This document shows, in pieces, positions 37,727-49,143 of a stretch of DNA of 64,000 nt. The notes below the pieces were generated by a model, which had not been told where the DNA came from, did no database searches, and was given only the letters and a program-made list of their open reading frames with translations. Origin of the DNA: Octopus bimaculoides (Eukaryota). Made by a program: the position numbers and the translations under genes. The stretch is taken from positions 114,960,487 to 115,024,486 of the forward strand of contig NC_068982.1 of the NCBI RefSeq assembly GCF_001194135.2, given 5' to 3'. Every line of letters begins with the position of its first letter. The stretch's first letter is position 1.

Positions 37727-38418
37727 CTGTGTGCATGTGTAAACACCAGTGTGCACTTGTTTGCTTATAAGTTTATATGTGTTGCCTGCTGTTTAGAGCA
37801 GAGATTCGTGACGGAGGACGCATGGACCGGTGGGGGAGGGGCTGCCACATTCTAAGAAAAGCAAAACCTGGAAAATTAGAGAAAGGAAGAGTACTTGTAG
37901 GAACATATGTGGTAACTGACTAAGCAGTTAACTGAGCAGTCTAATGTCCTGTGTCCCATCATTGTAATCCTGTTAATCTATTCTTGAAAGAATGTATGTG
38001 TACAAAGAAGCTCTTGAAAGAACTTATGTCATAGAGAGTCAGGAAACAATTTTCTCTGTCCTTAAGCAACTCAAAATGTATTAGCACAACATAAGACGTC
38101 TGATCTTTTCATAATTTCCAAACCTGAAACAATCGCTGAGACACTGGAAGATGGTGACTTATCATGTGATACACAAAGATATGAAAGAATAATTTGATGA
38201 TCTTTTAAGCCTACATATCCCGGGTTAGATTAGAAATCATTTGAAATTAAACCTATTCAATTCCAAGCAGAGATTCAATATTCAATTCCAAGCAGAGATT
38301 CAATAACATTTGATTGATCCTCGCACGTCGTCAATTCACTCTGTTTCATAAATTTTTCAAATAAATTGCCAACGCTATGGGAGAAAACCCCAAATATATT
38401 TATTTTTATTTTTCTCAG

Positions 38419-38527
38419 GTGCAGATTTAAATAAGGTAGTTGCGTCAACAAAATCGAGGAGCAAATTTGACATTACAACAAAAAGTGACATTGCAGCAAA
38501 AACTGACATTGCAACAGAACATGTTCG
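38419..38527 (+). CDS. eyg: candidate eyg linker exon between paired domain and homeodomain
   Basis: Strong acceptor TATTTTTATTTTTCTCAG|. Only the phase-1 frame is open (GADLNKVVASTKSRSKFDITTKSDIAAKTDIATEHV-R). Donor CG|GTAAAA is phase 2 and compatible with the CAG acceptor at 40706-40707. No conserved motif to confirm. Confidence 0.45.
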
Positions 38528-39161
38528 GTAAAATCATCTACTGACATAAACGAAATATTATACCGGCTCCCCTCCTATTTACTGAATATACTGGATGTTG
38601 TGTTTTCCTTCTGTTGTAGTTACTGTTGGAATATTTACTATTGTAACAAAGTGCTACAATAATTATTGATATAATTGTGTAGCTATAATCGGTGTATAAT
38701 AACAGTAGACATACAGAACAGTAGTGTTGTGTTCTCTCATTCTTATATGAATACATGTTTCAAGTGGCTTTTAGAGAAAATGTTTTACGTTTATGGAACG
38801 AGATTATATATGACTGTGGGTATCATATCAGAACCAGACACTAAATATACTACGCATGTCTAATATTAGTAATTTTTACAAAAAAGACTTCTTAAAGTTT
38901 CTTTCGTGTATATGTAAAATATATTCTTTGTACTATCATAAACACTTGAAAACTTTTTCTTTCTGACTGAGGGCTTCGTTTGAAAGGTCATTACTCTCAT
39001 AATGTGGAGGCGCAATGGCCCAGTGGTTACGGCAGCGAACTCGCGGTCATAGGNNNNNNNNNNNNNNNNNNNNNNNNNNNNNNNNNNNNNNNNNNNNNNN
39101 NNNNNNNNNNNNNNNNNNNNNNNNNNNNNNNNNNNNNNNNNNNNNNNNNNNNNTATTATTA

Positions 39162-39192
<31 letters not shown>

Positions 39193-39396
39193 TATTATTA
39201 AGCAAGAATATTGCTAACAATGAGACTTTACTCTTCAAACGGACAAAAAGTTAGAAAATAATAGACTAAATATTACAATTATAGATAAGTAAAAGTGAAG
39301 TTGCTTACTTATCGACCCATCATGCCCGTTTGATTCCACGATAGTAAAGAAAGAGAAAGAAAAACAAAGAAAATACAATCCTTTAAAATTTGAAAT

Positions 39397-39512
39397 AGGA
39401 AGAATTTGGAGCATGCGAACAGTAAAGGCCGTACCTATAATAATTCATGTGTTGGGAACAGTAAGCCAAGATATAGACAAATGGCTAGCGGAGATTGAAA
39501 TAGAAAGTCATT
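39397..39512 (+). mobile_element. R4/Dong-like LINE C-terminal fragment
   Basis: RIWSMRTVKAVPIIIHVLGTVSQDIDKWLAEIEIE parallels QLWSRKKVAVMQIIVGAMGTVSKNLEKYAEQIG of the 23-24 kb element. Confidence 0.65.
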
Positions 39513-40081
39513 TTTCTATAATTTGGCTTACTGTTCCCAGCGCACCAATTATTATAGGTACGACTATTACTGTTTGCATGCTCCAAATAACAAATTTGGA
39601 GAGATCTAATGAATATAAATTAATTTATTAATTAATTAATATTGTCTACAATTGTTTCAATTTACACTCAATACAGATTACAAAACATATATGTTAAAAT
39701 AAGTTTGCATTTTTGAAGATTTTGAGTGAAACATCTTCAGGGCGAAGGACATTACGAAGTTTACATGTTGATCGTTTGAAATATTCCAATTGACAATTGA
39801 AGATCTTGAGTGAAGTCAAGGTCTTCAAAATGCAAACTTATTCTATCATATATGTTTTGAAATTTGTATTGAGTGTAAATTGAAACAATTGTAGGCAATG
39901 TTAATTAATTAATTTATTTATTTATATCTATTAAATCTCTACATTTTCTTATTTTATAATATTTGATATTTTATAATTTATTTATTGAAGAAATATCTCT
40001 TCAAAATATAATATATTAAACTTGTGTAACTTGGATAAAACTATCCCTGTAAAAGATTTTATATAGCCTCATAGTTACTGA

Positions 40082-40152
<71 letters not shown>

Positions 40153-40169
40153 ACTGGAAATCTTTTATC

Positions 40170-40510
40170 TTTTACTTGTTATAGCCATTGAACTGCGGCC
40201 CTGCTTTGAAGGGTTTAGTCGAACAAATCAACCTTCAGTACTAATTTTTTTAAACTGGTACTTATTCTATCGGTCTGTTTTGCCGAATGTAAAAAATAAC
40301 ATCGGCTGGCAAGCTGTGACGCGAGACAAACATAGCACAAACTCAAAGAAAAACAAACAAAGATATATATACATTATTTACGTGTGTGTGTGTGTGTGCG
40401 TGTATGTATGCAACGGGCTTCTTTCAGTTTCCGTCCTGCAAATACATTCACAAATACATTTGGTCAGCCCGGGGTTAGTAGAAGACACTTGCCCAAGGTG
40501 CCTCACAGAG
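40170..40510 (-). mobile_element. SINE family A, antisense, immediately upstream of the homeobox exon
   Basis: cttttacttgtt..agccattgaactgcggcc...gtcgaac...gggcttctttcagtttccgtc...gtagaagacacttgcccaaggtgcc. Confidence 0.8.
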
Positions 40511-40707
40511 GAAGAGAACCAAGACCAAATGTTTAAATCACACAGTCACACATGTGTTTATAATGACTTGAAAATTAAAAATTTTAGTTCTCGGAATTTA
40601 TGTCTTTTTTATTCTACATACCATTTATTTATTTTTTCATTTATTGTTAGAAAAAAATCATTAGTTATGAAATTAATTATTGTTATAAATTGTCGTATTC
40701 AAGACAG

Positions 40708-40888
40708 GGACGAGTTGTCGCCCTCACCATCAGATGATTCTATGTCAAGATTACGAAGAAACAGAACCACTTTTTCGGCTGATCAACTTGAAATTCTAGA
40801 AAAAGAGTTTCAGAGAACCCATTATCCCAGTGTAAATACACGTGAGGAATTAGCCTTGAAGACGGATTTGTCCGAGGCTAGAGTTCAG
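40708..40888 (+). CDS. eyg: eyegone-like homeobox exon (homeodomain residues 1-46)
   Basis: [60 protein letters not shown] then CAG|GTAAAT, the canonical PRD-class phase-0 intron between Q46 and V47. Start is either 40704 (AAG, phase 1) or 40708 (CAG, phase 2). Confidence 0.95.
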
Positions 40889-41139
40889 GTAAATAGACAT
40901 TGTCCTTTATTTTCGTAAATTTTGTTAAAATGTTGATTTTATTATTGTTGTTTAGCTTGCGACCAGCTCTGATCCAACAGAACTATTATCGAAGGCGTTG
41001 TAGCCTTGATCTTTCCGTGTTTCTTTTCAGTCATAATGTATCTAGAACTATATTATCCATTGTGGACTTTCTTGACTCCAGGTTGTTATTTAAGAGAGAT
41101 TTGACAGTTATTTTTAAAAAGATGAGCCGCCGGGGTGTT

Positions 41140-41410
41140 ATTACAAAAGCTGGCACTTTGTCGGTTACAACGACGAGGGTTCCAGTTGATCCGATTCACG
41201 GAACAGCCTGCTCGTGAAATTAACTTGCAAATGGCTGAACACTCCACGGGCACGTACACCTTTAACGTAGTTCTCAGGGAGATTCATTCTGTGTAACACA
41301 GAATGTGACAAGGCTGGCCCTTTGAAATACAGGTATCACTCATTTTTGCCAGCTGAGTGGACTCAAGGGCACAAGCACTGTCAGGAACCGAACTCATGAC
41401 CTTATGTTCA
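41140..41410 (-). mobile_element. SINE/retroposon family C
   Basis: gcaaatggctgaacactccac...gtagttctcagggagattca...tgtgacaaggctggccctttgaaatacagg shared with 56161-56455; tRNA-like head on -. Confidence 0.7.
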
Positions 41411-43089
41411 TGAGCCGAATACTTTACCCACTAAGCCACGCAGCATCACATTGCAGATTTGTTACATTATGAAAAAATAAGTGAAAAAATATATGGAATG
41501 TCACAAAGTTAGAAACAAGTCGAGTAACTGTAAGATTTGTTGATGATCCTCTCAGTTGAGATATAAGAAAGTCATAACTCAGTTGTGTCGTTTAAGTAAG
41601 TCAGAGATAGTGAAATGGTAGGCTAGAGTGGAGGTGAAACGATACCTGCGAGCTCCGGGGAGCAGAAACTACTCTAGTAGCAGAAGTTAACGGAGAAGGT
41701 AGCATGTAACCTCTACACATTTGAGTATGTTGGCCAGAACTAAAACATTGCTGGCATTAATAGTTTTTTTATTCACTGTGTATAGAAAGTCAATTAATCA
41801 GATACATATCAATTATAAATATGACACGTGGGATCAGGAACCTCTATGTGATCCCTCGGCTAACTAGCAATAGCAACCAAACCTTTGTTGAGCTACACTC
41901 GAAAATATATGGACATATTAATTCACGTAGTCCTAAATAACATTAAATACCCAAGAGAAGGACAAGATGGAACGTCTTTGATCACAGTTTTACTCAATCT
42001 AGAGCCGACCTGAGGCTAAACAACCACGAAGCTCTGTTCTTTGTCATCCCGAAGAAGTTTCTTGAAGTGAAAAACTATCAAAAATAATAACCGAGAATGA
42101 AGCATAAATTTTAAAATATCTTTTGTTCATTGCCAATAATATCCTTACCATTAATTTCTCTGTTTCTATGACTCGAGTCCCACACGAGCCATATTTTGTG
42201 TCAGCCAATAATTATATGCTCTTTTAAATGGAACAAATTAAGGAGCCATTGTCCCTTAAAAATCTTTGAATTACTTAATCTATTGTATGTTGTCAAATAA
42301 ACTATTTTAACAGAAATCTTTGGCAAAACTTAATACTTGTATTTTGAATACGCGTGTTTCTTTGGTATTCTATCGCAGTTTCAATGCGCCTAGATCTATA
42401 ATACGATGCTGGATGACTGACAGCAAAATTAGAATCGTTACAATATCAAATTTCTACACAAACCAGTTTAGCAGCCTTTAGCAGCAAGAATATAATTGAA
42501 CAAAAACATAAAATATCCAGTAAATTATATTAGGTTATGTATATTGAGTTGAGAACAATAGCAAAAGTGTAACGTGCCAACGAACAAGTTATAAAGAATT
42601 TATAACCTTTCATTTCTATAGTATTTACTTTTGCTCGGTTTCGGTGTGTTCAAACACAGCAAAACTAAACTTCAATTATTTTACAAAATATATTGTCAAA
42701 CATTAGATTCGTCGTAAACTCACCTATTGATTCCCTAAAGTCCTATGTTTAAAAATTAATCATAAGAACTCGTACAAAACGTAACGTATCTTTAATATCT
42801 CTACTGGAGTATATTTTGTGTTTAAAATGAATCTAGTTGTATACTCATCTCTTTGCATGTTATAAAAGCTATTGTAGAAATGTATATGTAGTTTAAGCTG
42901 AAAGAGGTGGCTAAAGATTTCATTGATGCCTTATGTTTTACTCGATGTTTATATTAGATGTATACTTGAGAAATAAGTAAACGGATTGACATGTCTTAAC
43001 CCTCCAAAGAATGTAATATAACAGAAACTAGTTTGGGTAATTGCTTGAAAAGGCTTTGAAAGTAAGAACTTTCTTTTTCTTAGCACGAT

Positions 43090-44120
43090 GTTCCATTTTG
43101 TCAGCAGAAAGAGAATAAGGTCGAATTCGTGGACGCGATCTCTTATTGGTACTTACATTGTCCACTCTAGAAGGATGAAAAGCAAACTTGATAACTTTGA
43201 AATTTGGAATAAAAACTATGAATTATGGAGCGCTGAGCCAGTTATGTTCTGCCAGGCCATTTCCGCCATTTTAAATAAAAATAAAAATTGCTTCTATCAT
43301 AGACGCAAAACTAGAATAATATATTGTTCTCAAAATAGACATAAGGCGTGGTATCAAGGGAAGGGGTTAGTTGAATGTATCGCCCCAGTACTTGAGTGGT
43401 ACTTTATTTATCGACTCTGGAGAAGTGACAAGCTAAGTTTACCTCAGCTAGATTTGAAGTCAGAAGGTAGCGATCCAGAAGAAAAACAACAAGGCATTAT
43501 GTCCGACGCTCTAACAATTCTACCAGCTCACCACCTTTAATAATAGTCCCTAATATATAGGCAAAAAGCTTGAAACTTGTGGGAGGAGGTTAGTCGATAG
43601 CATCAACTCCAGTATTTGATTGTAACTTTATCTTATTGACACCGAAATGATGAAAAGGCGAAGTTGACTTCGGCGGAATTTGAACTCAGAGCATAAAGAG
43701 CTGGAAGAAATACCGCAAGGCATTTTGTCCGACGCTTTAACGATTCTGCCAACGCATTGCACTAAATTGTTTCAAATATTAGGCACAAGACCAGTAATTT
43801 TGATGGAATGAGCGAATCGATTAAATTGATTTCAGTCCTTTATTTTATTGGAAGGATGAAAAGCAAAGTCCACTCCGTAGGATATGAACTCGGAATGTAA
43901 CCGAATTCTCTAATCTTTTACTTGTTTCAACCATTGGACACTGGCTATGCTGAGACACTACCTCGAAGGATTTAGTCGAACAAATTGACCCCAGTACTTA
44001 TTTTTAAAAGTCTGGTCATATCGATCTCTTTTACTGAATCGCTAAGTTACGGGGACGCAAACAAACCACCACCAGTTGTTAAGCGGTTGTGGGGACAACC
44101 ACAAACACAAAGATACAAAC
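43090..44120 (-). mobile_element. cluster of degenerate SINE B copies followed by a SINE A fragment
   Basis: gacttcggcggaatttgaactcagagc...aaataccgc..gcatttt and gatttagtcgaacaaattgaccccagtactt...gctaagttacggggacg. Confidence 0.7.
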
Positions 44121-44159
44121 ACACATACACATGCATAAAGAGCATGTATCGTCATAGGG

Positions 44160-44460
44160 ATCAGCTTTCCTGCTGATGTGGATATCACTTTGAAAATCAA
44201 AGAGAAAGAGGACAACTATGGACAACTGCTTCGAAACACCAAGCTTCTATACCCAGATTACAAATCATATTTATACCAATAATGATTTGTGCACTTGGTT
44301 CTGTAAGTAAATGCCTAACTGACAGTCTGGATAAGCTTAGATTTCCAAAAAGAAAAGAAATCAAATAACTTGTATATTACAAATGTAATCTGTAAGTGGA
44401 ACAGTAAAAATATGCAAGACCTTTCTCAAGTTTAAAATATGACATTGTTTTCGTTATCTA
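44160..44460 (+). mobile_element. R4/Dong-type RLE fragment (family 2)
   Basis: SFPADVDITLKIKEKEDNYGQLLRNTKLLYPDY..FIPIMICALGSVSKCL...SVSGTVKICKTFLKF. Confidence 0.75.
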
Positions 44461-45409
44461 CAATCCAAAAATGGAGCTTTGTATCTTTGTCAGAAACCAG
44501 CTCCTTTTTTAGAAGAAGAATTCAAATAATTAAAAACAAGAGAACATATATAGAAATGTTAAGTAGTTAATTAATTTAATTTACTGATTGCTAGTGCTTA
44601 TTTCTTATGGAAACTGTTAGTATTTTAGTTTATCAATTAACCCTTTCAGATATGAATTACGTATTTATTATTTTTTTTAAAGAAATCATGATTTAAAACA
44701 ATTGATTTGGTGAATTGATAACACGGAATAGTATATCGCGTGCAAAATTATTTGGTTGCAGGTAGAATTGTGATGAACTACTGTTTCGAGATTAACCTTT
44801 ATAATTTTTCACATGATATACACTACGAATAAAATTCTGTTACTGATACGTAATTATGTCAAAAAGAATTAAAATTATGATTTTCGGAATTTTTACTATT
44901 TATTATTGGATTAGTCAAGAAACATTCTATGAAAGTGTGAAGTCAGTATTAGCTTCGGTTAATTTTCTTAGTAAAAACTATCTAGTGTTTAACAATGAGT
45001 TAAAATGAATATGTTTCGTTGTTGTATTATAACTAAAAATAAAATCACACGTTATCGTTGATATTCTAGCGTACTGCTGCAGAAAAAATTCTGCAAAACT
45101 TCAGGTTTGAGATGAAAGTTGAATGGTTTAGATATGATGTTGCTTTTTGTGCTTAAAAATATTTTAGTAAATTGATATAAAAAAAAAAATGAAATTTGTT
45201 AGGATCCTATATTGTTTTAGAGATTAATTTACTTAAGTGTTCGAATACGATACTGTTGGCCTGAAAGGATTAAAATCTTTAATTTGTCAGAGATAATAAA
45301 TAATAAAATAAACTATCGAATAGCTAATGAGGAATTTTTTTTTTGTCCCAAAACTGTGTCTAATTAACATTAACAAGCTACAAAAGATGCCTATTCATTC
45401 TTTTTTTTT

Positions 45410-46100
45410 TCTTACAAATGAGTTCTATTCTATAATGGCTGACTTTATTGTTGTGAAATGGTTACTTGGTGAAGCAAGTAGAGATTCCACAACGAACAAC
45501 TTCACGTGTCCTTTGGGTCCAATGTGCGCTTGGTGACCAATGAGAATTCTGAGTTTTTATTGCTTTCCCGGTTATAAAAACTTCAACAATATTCTCAGCC
45601 ATCGTATAGGCATTCACTAAGATGTAACCAGACATATGTTACTGGGGAGAAGGAGTAACTTTTGATGGGACGAGCAACATGCTTGGGAGAAAATCCGGAG
45701 TAGCCAAGGCCTTGGAAGAACTTCGCCCGAAAGCTTTAGCAATACAATGCCAAGCATATTCTTTACATCTGAGCGTGAAGAAAATTACAACGAATGTACG
45801 CTATTATTTGACGTAATTTTATTAAATTGTTAATAATATTATCTAATAATATTATTAAGCAGTAAAGAGGTTGTTACTCTAATCAAGTATTCAACAAAGA
45901 AGGAAAATTTCCTAGTGAATTAGAAAAAAAGAAAAAGAAAACACGGAGGGGAGAAGTCTGAATGAAATTGACGCCTGGCGGTATCTAAATTTTGAGTAAA
46001 ACTAGACGAATAATAGGTGGTGTCTGCTTTTAATGAATTCTTGAAAGTTATTCAGTCCTATTCGAATGTGACAAGAATGTGTGTCGATACAACTAAACGC
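45410..46100 (+). mobile_element. decayed hAT transposase catalytic-domain relic inside the homeobox intron
   Basis: EFYSIMAD (cf. FSIxADE) and GVTFDGTSNMLGRKSGVAKALEELRPKALAIQCQAYSLHL (cf. DGAxNMxG...HCxxHxLNL). Confidence 0.7.
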
Positions 46101-47021
46101 TGATGTTCAGGTCCATATATATAGATACCAGGCTTAAATGAAAATACAGCTAAAACGTTGTTAAAAGATGAGCGAAACAGCTGAAATTATTAAATAAATT
46201 TCTAAGAAAGTAGGAATGCAGATTCATTTGACTCCCGCTCTGATGTTATTGCGCAAAAGGCAGGGTACTACAATTTCCCTTCCAAATCTGCATGACCATA
46301 GCTGTAAAAGTCCTCTAGACAATGAGAATTGGGGAAATAGTTCTGTCGACAGCATGATTCCATTACAGACATGTTTTTGAAGCTGTAGATATAAAAGTCT
46401 CTTTAAGCGATTAACGTTTTAATGAGGCTAGCTGCAACAGATATTTGGGGCGGAAATATTAGTTTTAAATATGATCAGCAAAGAGAACATCCCCCGAGAA
46501 ATCAATATTATTAATATAAGTACGCCGTTGACATTAACATTAATTCTTTAGTAGCCCAACTTCCGACATGAGAAGTTTCTACAATAGAAACTTCTTTTTG
46601 TTTGTTTGACTGATATTGTAAATCATCTGAATTAAAACCAGCTGATAGATAGTATATAATATCAAAGATTTGTATAATTCGTCAACTTTTACTGATAAAT
46701 CCGGCAAAATCTGCTACGGGTGAATGAACATTTGCTCAAACAGAGCTATTAAGGATGTCATACTGTAAGTATAAAACTGATGAATCCGGAGCTCACAGCC
46801 TTGTTTCAATTTCTAGATTAATCCATGATTATTTCTAGATCAATCTAAATAAGCATCACTTAAGTATCGATTTTCCTTTTCCTTATCGAACTAATGTTTT
46901 TCTTTGTATTGTATTTTTGTTCTAAATCAATAAATTTGCGTTATGCCCCTGTAAATCTATTCTCACATGTATAAAAATTGTCAATAAATTTGATAATTTT
47001 TCTTTTCTTTGTTTCATTTAG

Positions 47022-47399
47022 GTTTGGTTCTCGAATCGTCGGGCAAAATGGCGACGTCATCAACGAATTCGACTTTTTCAATATCCGACATCCCTACTGG
47101 TCCCTTGGTCACCATCAGCATCAAGTCCAATGCAGATACTTCCGTCAGACAAGACAAGCAACGAAATGTCAACACATCACTTACCTCTTCCACCTCCTGC
47201 ACATCAGCCACATTTGTCGTTAACGCATCAGTGTTCATTAAACAAAAGACCGATATACATCGATGATTATCCGATGTCTGAAACCACTCCAAACAGAGAG
47301 AGATTGAACAGTTTCAAAGATGAATCACATTCCCGCCAACACATTACGTTCGGTAGTAAACATTCAGCATTTCGACCAATAGAGAGACATTGTTCGTAG
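47022..47399 (+). CDS. eyg: eyegone-like last coding exon (homeodomain helix 3 + C-terminus)
   Basis: Acceptor TTTCTTTGTTTCATTTAG| then VWFSNRRAKWRRHQRIRLFQ...SAFRPIERHCS-stop (TAG ends 47399). S50 marks Pax class. RRNRTTFS, HYPxVxTRE and WRRHQR match Eyegone rather than Pax6 (RRNRTSF/HYPDVFARE/WRREEK). Confidence 0.93.
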   Translation, partial: VWFSNRRAKWRRHQRIRLFQYPTSLLVPWSPSASSPMQILPSDKTSNEMSTHHLPLPPPAHQPHLSLTHQCSLNKRPIYIDDYPMSETTPNRERLNSFKDESHSRQHITFGSKHSAFRPIERHCS

Positions 47400-48884
47400 A
47401 TGATCACTTGGAGGTTGGACGGAGTACGCAGATGCAAAGGATATTCATTACAAATAGTTTTACACAAATAAACACGTACATACATATTGTACATTGTATG
47501 TATGTGTTTGTGCATGTGTATATANNNNNNNNNNNNNNNNNNNNNNNNNNNNNNNNNNNNNNNNNNNNNNNNNNNNNNNNNNNNNNNNNNNNNNNNNNNN
47601 NNNNNNNNNNNNNNNNNNNNNNNNNNNNNNNNNNNNNNNNNNNNNNNNNNNNNNNNNNNNNNNNNNNNNNNNNNNNNNNNNNNNNNNNNNNNNNNNNNNN
47701 NNNNNNNNNNNNNNNNNNNNNNNNNNNNNNNNNNATATATATATATATATATACACATACATATATATACATATATACATACACATGCACACACGTACAC
47801 GCATGTTTAATTACTTTAAGATATTATATTATTGAAAAGATCATTGGAAAACAAGCATGCAAGGAGTTTTATACAATTTACGAGTTGCCTGAAAGTATAG
47901 ACAAAACTGAATTTGTCAAATGTCTTCTGTATTCTCTGTAGGAGACTCCATTCACATAATCCAATATTGTGATGAACAACGCTATCCAATTCATCTCTAA
48001 AACAATAGATACTTTTCTATAGAAGATTCCATATCATTTGCTCATCATATTTCCACAATAATTTCTTTTATTTTTACCATTCCTAATGAAATGACTAAGA
48101 CTTTACCATCATTAATATCAACATTATCATTTTCTTCTTCAAAACTATGACTTCAAATGATCGAAAAATTGAAGTATTGGTTTATCTATTTTTATAACGT
48201 GGGTTTTCTTTAAATCGTAGTTGCTTCAACTTATCTACCCCAAGTGTTCTGTGAGAAAGTTACCTGCGATGGAATAAAGACCTTTCTCATTTACGTCACA
48301 TTGCAAAAAATGAAAATACGTCTCAAACCATTACATTTCACACCTCTTTGTTCCAGGTTTGGAAATTTGCAGTAAGAGAACATAACAATGCGATAACAAT
48401 TTGAAAAGTTAAGAAATCTCTTGTCATAGATTTATTGGTTTCATATATTTTGCTGAAATAAAGTTCATCAAACAATTCTACTCTATATGTTTCTCATCAT
48501 TCTTTTTAATGTTTTTACATTGCAAGTGTCTTGTGACTGTTAGAAACCTGGATCGATAAAATATATTACCAGCGCATTGTTGCGATTGATTTAAGTGAAT
48601 ATGTATCAAAGCGCGATATAAGTGTGGCCCTGTGCCATTATCCCAAATCAATATTGCTAAAAAGTGGTAGATTGAAAGAATTGATAGCATCAGACAAAAT
48701 AACTTTAAATTATTCTTGCAGTAATGATCGATATTTTTAGTTCCAATGAACACGTATACGCGCGCGCACGCACACACACACACACACACACACATGCACT
48801 TAGACGGTAGCCGATAGCGTGAATATGGCAGCATCGACACACACACATATATATAGCTGTGTGTGTGGGGGGGGGTAGCTTTTA

Positions 48885-49143
48885 TCTTTTGCTTATTTCA
48901 GTCATTAGACTGCTGACATGCTGGGGCACCACCCTGAAGGATTTTAGTCGAACGAATTGATCCCAGTGCTTTTTTTTTATAACCATGGTTCTCTTTGTAC
49001 TGAACTGCTAGGCTAGCGGGACGTAAACACACCAATACCGGTTGTCAAGTCTAGTGGGGGACAAACACAGACACAAAGACACACACACACACACACACTT
49101 AAGACGAGCTTTCCGTCAATCAAATCTACTCACAAGGCTGTGG
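48885..49143 (-). mobile_element. SINE family A, antisense, running into a gap
   Basis: catgctggggcaccaccctgaaggattttagtcgaac...ccggttgtcaag...ggggacaaacacagacacaaag...tctactcacaaggct. Confidence 0.8.

Noticed and set aside
40708-47066. Pax6 assignment for the S50 homeodomain
   Set aside because: [14 protein letters not shown] and WRRHQR plus a PAI-less paired domain fit Eyegone, not Pax6.
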